A model generated the notes under the pieces. That model saw only the letters and a program-made list of their open reading frames with translations. It was not told the DNA's origin and did no database searches. A stretch of DNA of 64,000 nucleotides from Vulcanimicrobiota bacterium (lineage in GTDB: Bacteria > Vulcanimicrobiota > Vulcanimicrobiia > Eremiobacterales > Eremiobacteraceae): positions 96,001 to 160,000 of the forward strand of contig CAWDVP010000002.1 in the NCBI GenBank assembly GCA_963805945.1, given 5' to 3'. Positions 61,744-64,000 of this stretch are shown piece by piece (within the stretch, counting starts at the first letter, position 1; the number at the start of each line of letters is the position of its first letter). The position numbers were made by a program, and so were the translations under genes.

Positions 61744-62439
61744 TTACATCCGTGCCGGCGGGCCCTGGCGTTGTCCGACGCTGCGGCCCATCACGGGCGA
61801 CGTGTCCGATGCCGCGCCATATCCCCAGATGCCGTTGAAGCTCTGGCCGTCATCGTTGAACCAGAACGAGTACCAGCCGTTTTGCGTCTTGCTGGTCCAG
61901 GTGTAGCGCACTTTGTCCGACGTCCGGAATTTCCCGTTGAGCGTGAGGCCGCTCAGCGTGCACACGGATGTCGGACCGGATTGCTTGCAGTTCATGAGGC
62001 CGCTGAACAGCGCGGGACCCGTCACGACGTGCACGTTCCAGTCGCCGGCGGTGGTGATCTTGATCGGCGGCAGGATCATGTTGCCGACGTACGATGCGTT
62101 GGACTTGCGGCCGTTGTAGCCCCAGGTGCCGTTAAGGCTGTGACCGTTGGGGCTGACCTGAACGGTGATCCAGCCTGCGCCGGCGGGGCCGTTCCACTTG
62201 CCGTTGATCTGTGAATCGGTGACGAACGTGCCGGTGAAGCCGTTGCCGGTCTTGGCGTTCTTGCCGACCAGGGCGCTGCCCGTCTGCGTCACGGCGATCG
62301 TGCTCGACGTTGTGCCGTTCGGACCGCTCTGCTCGATGGTCCAATTACCGGTGATGTTCGGCGGTGCCGCCATCGCCACGGCGCTCGAGAGCGCTGCGAT
62401 CGCGACCGCAAAAGATAGAGATAGTGCGAAACGTTTCAA
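61744..62439 (-). CDS. Secreted protein with two copies of the same beta-barrel-like domain
   Basis: AAGGAG RBS with TTG start; signal AMA; repeats G.W...GW....DG.S.NG.WGY. Confidence 0.75.
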   Translation of the reverse strand: MKRFALSLSFAVAIAALSSAVAMAAPPNITGNWTIEQSGPNGTTSSTIAVTQTGSALVGKNAKTGNGFTGTFVTDSQINGKWNGPAGAGWITVQVSPNGHSLNGTWGYNGRKSNASYVGNMILPPIKITTAGDWNVHVVTGPALFSGLMNCKQSGPTSVCTLSGLTLNGKFRTSDKVRYTWTSKTQNGWYSFWFNDDGQSFNGIWGYGAASDTSPVMGRSVGQRQGPPARM

Positions 62440-62584
62440 CCCAGGTCTCCTTTAAGTGTGTCAGGGTGAAGATAATGTGCGGTTCGATGCGCGAGGACTT
62501 CTCCCTAGGGGCCAAGGAGCGGAAAGTCGCATGGCGCAAGGCGCGGGCGGGCGAGCGGCCGTATGGTCGCGGGACGCAACGGGC

Positions 62585-63298
62585 CTATAATCTCGTCAAG
62601 GCGGCAGGCAATTCGCCGATCGTCTCGATGGTCGCGTCGGCCGGGCGGGCGCCTGCCGGGGGCCCCTCGGCGCGCACGTTGACCCACACCGCGCGCATAC
62701 CGGCAGCGTGCGCTCCTGCGATGTCGCGGTTGAAGCGGTCGCCGACCATCACGCTCTCGGCCGGCCCCACCCCGGCCAAGCCCATCGCATGTTCGAAGAT
62801 CTTCGGGTCGGGCTTCACCAGCTGCATCTCGCCGGCGAGGACGATGTGGTCGAAGAAGCGGCCGAGCTCGAGCCGGGCGATCTTCACGTCGTGCGTCTCG
62901 GCGAAGCCGTTGGTGATGATCGACATCTTGTAGCGGCCGTGCAGCTCGTGCAGCACGCGCACCGCGTCGGGCAGCAGCTCGGCGCGTTCGATGCGCAGGG
63001 TGTCGTAGCGCGCGGCGATGCGCGTTGCCAGCGTCGCGTCGCCGACGCCGAACCGCTTGAGCGCGGCGCGCCACATCGACGGCCGGATGTCGCCTGGCGA
63101 TGGCGGCGGGCCGCCCGGTTCGAGGCCTTCCCAGAAATCGATCGCCGCGTCGACGTACGCCACCGCGAGTTCGTTCGGGTCGACGCCGATATCCGGCGAT
63201 ACCTCGCGCACCGCGGCTTCGGCGCAATGCTCGAGCGACAGCGTGTCTTCGATGAGCGTGTCGTCGAGGTCGAAGAAGATCGCGGTGATGGGCGTCAG
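62585..63298 (-). CDS. HAD-superfamily hydrolase
   Basis: [21 protein letters not shown]...DIAGA; probable CTG start overlapping uvrB TGA. Confidence 0.88.
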   Translation of the reverse strand: MTPITAIFFDLDDTLIEDTLSLEHCAEAAVREVSPDIGVDPNELAVAYVDAAIDFWEGLEPGGPPPSPGDIRPSMWRAALKRFGVGDATLATRIAARYDTLRIERAELLPDAVRVLHELHGRYKMSIITNGFAETHDVKIARLELGRFFDHIVLAGEMQLVKPDPKIFEHAMGLAGVGPAESVMVGDRFNRDIAGAHAAGMRAVWVNVRAEGPPAGARPADATIETIGELPAALTRL

Positions 63299-64000
63299 AA
63301 CAGCGCGGCCTCGCGCAGCGCTTCGCCGAACACGTGCGGCGCCGTGCGCGACAGCGCCGGGTCGCCGCCGTCGGGCAGCTGCTTGCGAAGCTCCCACAGC
63401 TCGTCGCGCAGCGCGGCCGCCTTCTCGAACTCGAGCCGCGCCGCCGCCGCGCGCATCTCTTTCTCGAGCTTGCTGATGGTGGCCATGAGCACTTCGCGCG
63501 GCACTTCCTTGAGCTGCTTGCCGGCGGCGCGTGCCTTCATGCCGTCGCTCGCGCCGATCGCGCTGAGGATGTCGCGCACCGACTTGCGCACCGATTGCGG
63601 ATCGATGTTGTGCTCGAGGTTGTAGGCGGTCTGCCGCTCGCGCCGGCGCCGCGTCTCGTTGATCGCGCGCTCCATGGACTGCGTCACGTTGTCCGCGTAC
63701 ATGAGCACCGTGCCGCTGACGTGGCGCGCGGCCCGCCCGATCGTCTGGATGAGCGAGGTCTCCGAACGCAGGTAGCCTTCTTTGTCGGCGTCGAGGATCG
63801 CCACGAGCGAGACCTCCGGCAGGTCGAGGCCTTCGCGCAGCAGATTGATGCCGACGAGCACGTCGAACTCCCCGAGCCGCAGATCGCGCAGGATGGCGAT
63901 GCGCTCCAAGGTATCCACCTCCGAGTGCAGATAGCGCGCGCGCACGTTCATCTCGATGAGGTAGTCGGTGAGGTCCTCCGCCATCTTCTTCGTCAGCGTC
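63295..64000 (-). CDS. uvrB: Excinuclease ABC subunit B, 3' part
   Basis: [37 protein letters not shown] domain FEKAAALRD. Confidence 0.97.
   Translation of the reverse strand, partial: TLTKKMAEDLTDYLIEMNVRARYLHSEVDTLERIAILRDLRLGEFDVLVGINLLREGLDLPEVSLVAILDADKEGYLRSETSLIQTIGRAARHVSGTVLMYADNVTQSMERAINETRRRRERQTAYNLEHNIDPQSVRKSVRDILSAIGASDGMKARAAGKQLKEVPREVLMATISKLEKEMRAAAARLEFEKAAALRDELWELRKQLPDGGDPALSRTAPHVFGEALREAALF

Overview
High-GC, gene-dense bacterial chromosome segment. The gene style (carboxypeptidase-domain TonB receptor, csaB plus DUF5693, many secreted beta-propeller lipoproteins) suggests a diderm Terrabacteria-type organism, possibly Eremiobacterota; this is inference only. Housekeeping content: type-2 ileS with a non-canonical GVHH motif, M50/CBS protease, csaB, eno, ndk, birA, a 2-oxoacid dehydrogenase operon (E1a/E1b/E2/E3) with lipB/lipA, thiolase, NUDIX, acpS, nnr, ligA, uvrA and partial uvrB. 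The most coherent accessory system is a ~15.5 kb divergent polyamine-utilisation locus. Its left arm is gabT, patA, two aldehyde dehydrogenases and an APC permease; its right arm is a PucR regulator, TonB-dependent receptor, Tat-exported flavin amine oxidase and a second APC permease. Three tRNAs (Ile2/Met-CAT, Glu-TTC, Val-TAC) are interspersed with AT-richer islets of orphan secreted proteins, one bounded by a displaced tRNA-Glu 3' half. Other features: a family of GTAG/GGAG REP-like hairpins with compensatory changes, three probable non-canonical start codons (AUU, AUC, CUG), an archaemetzincin lacking its catalytic Glu, and degenerate GGDEF and PilZ proteins. Many single-base frameshifts, including in eno and lipA, are most likely assembly errors. 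No CRISPR array, rRNA, integrase or transposase was seen.
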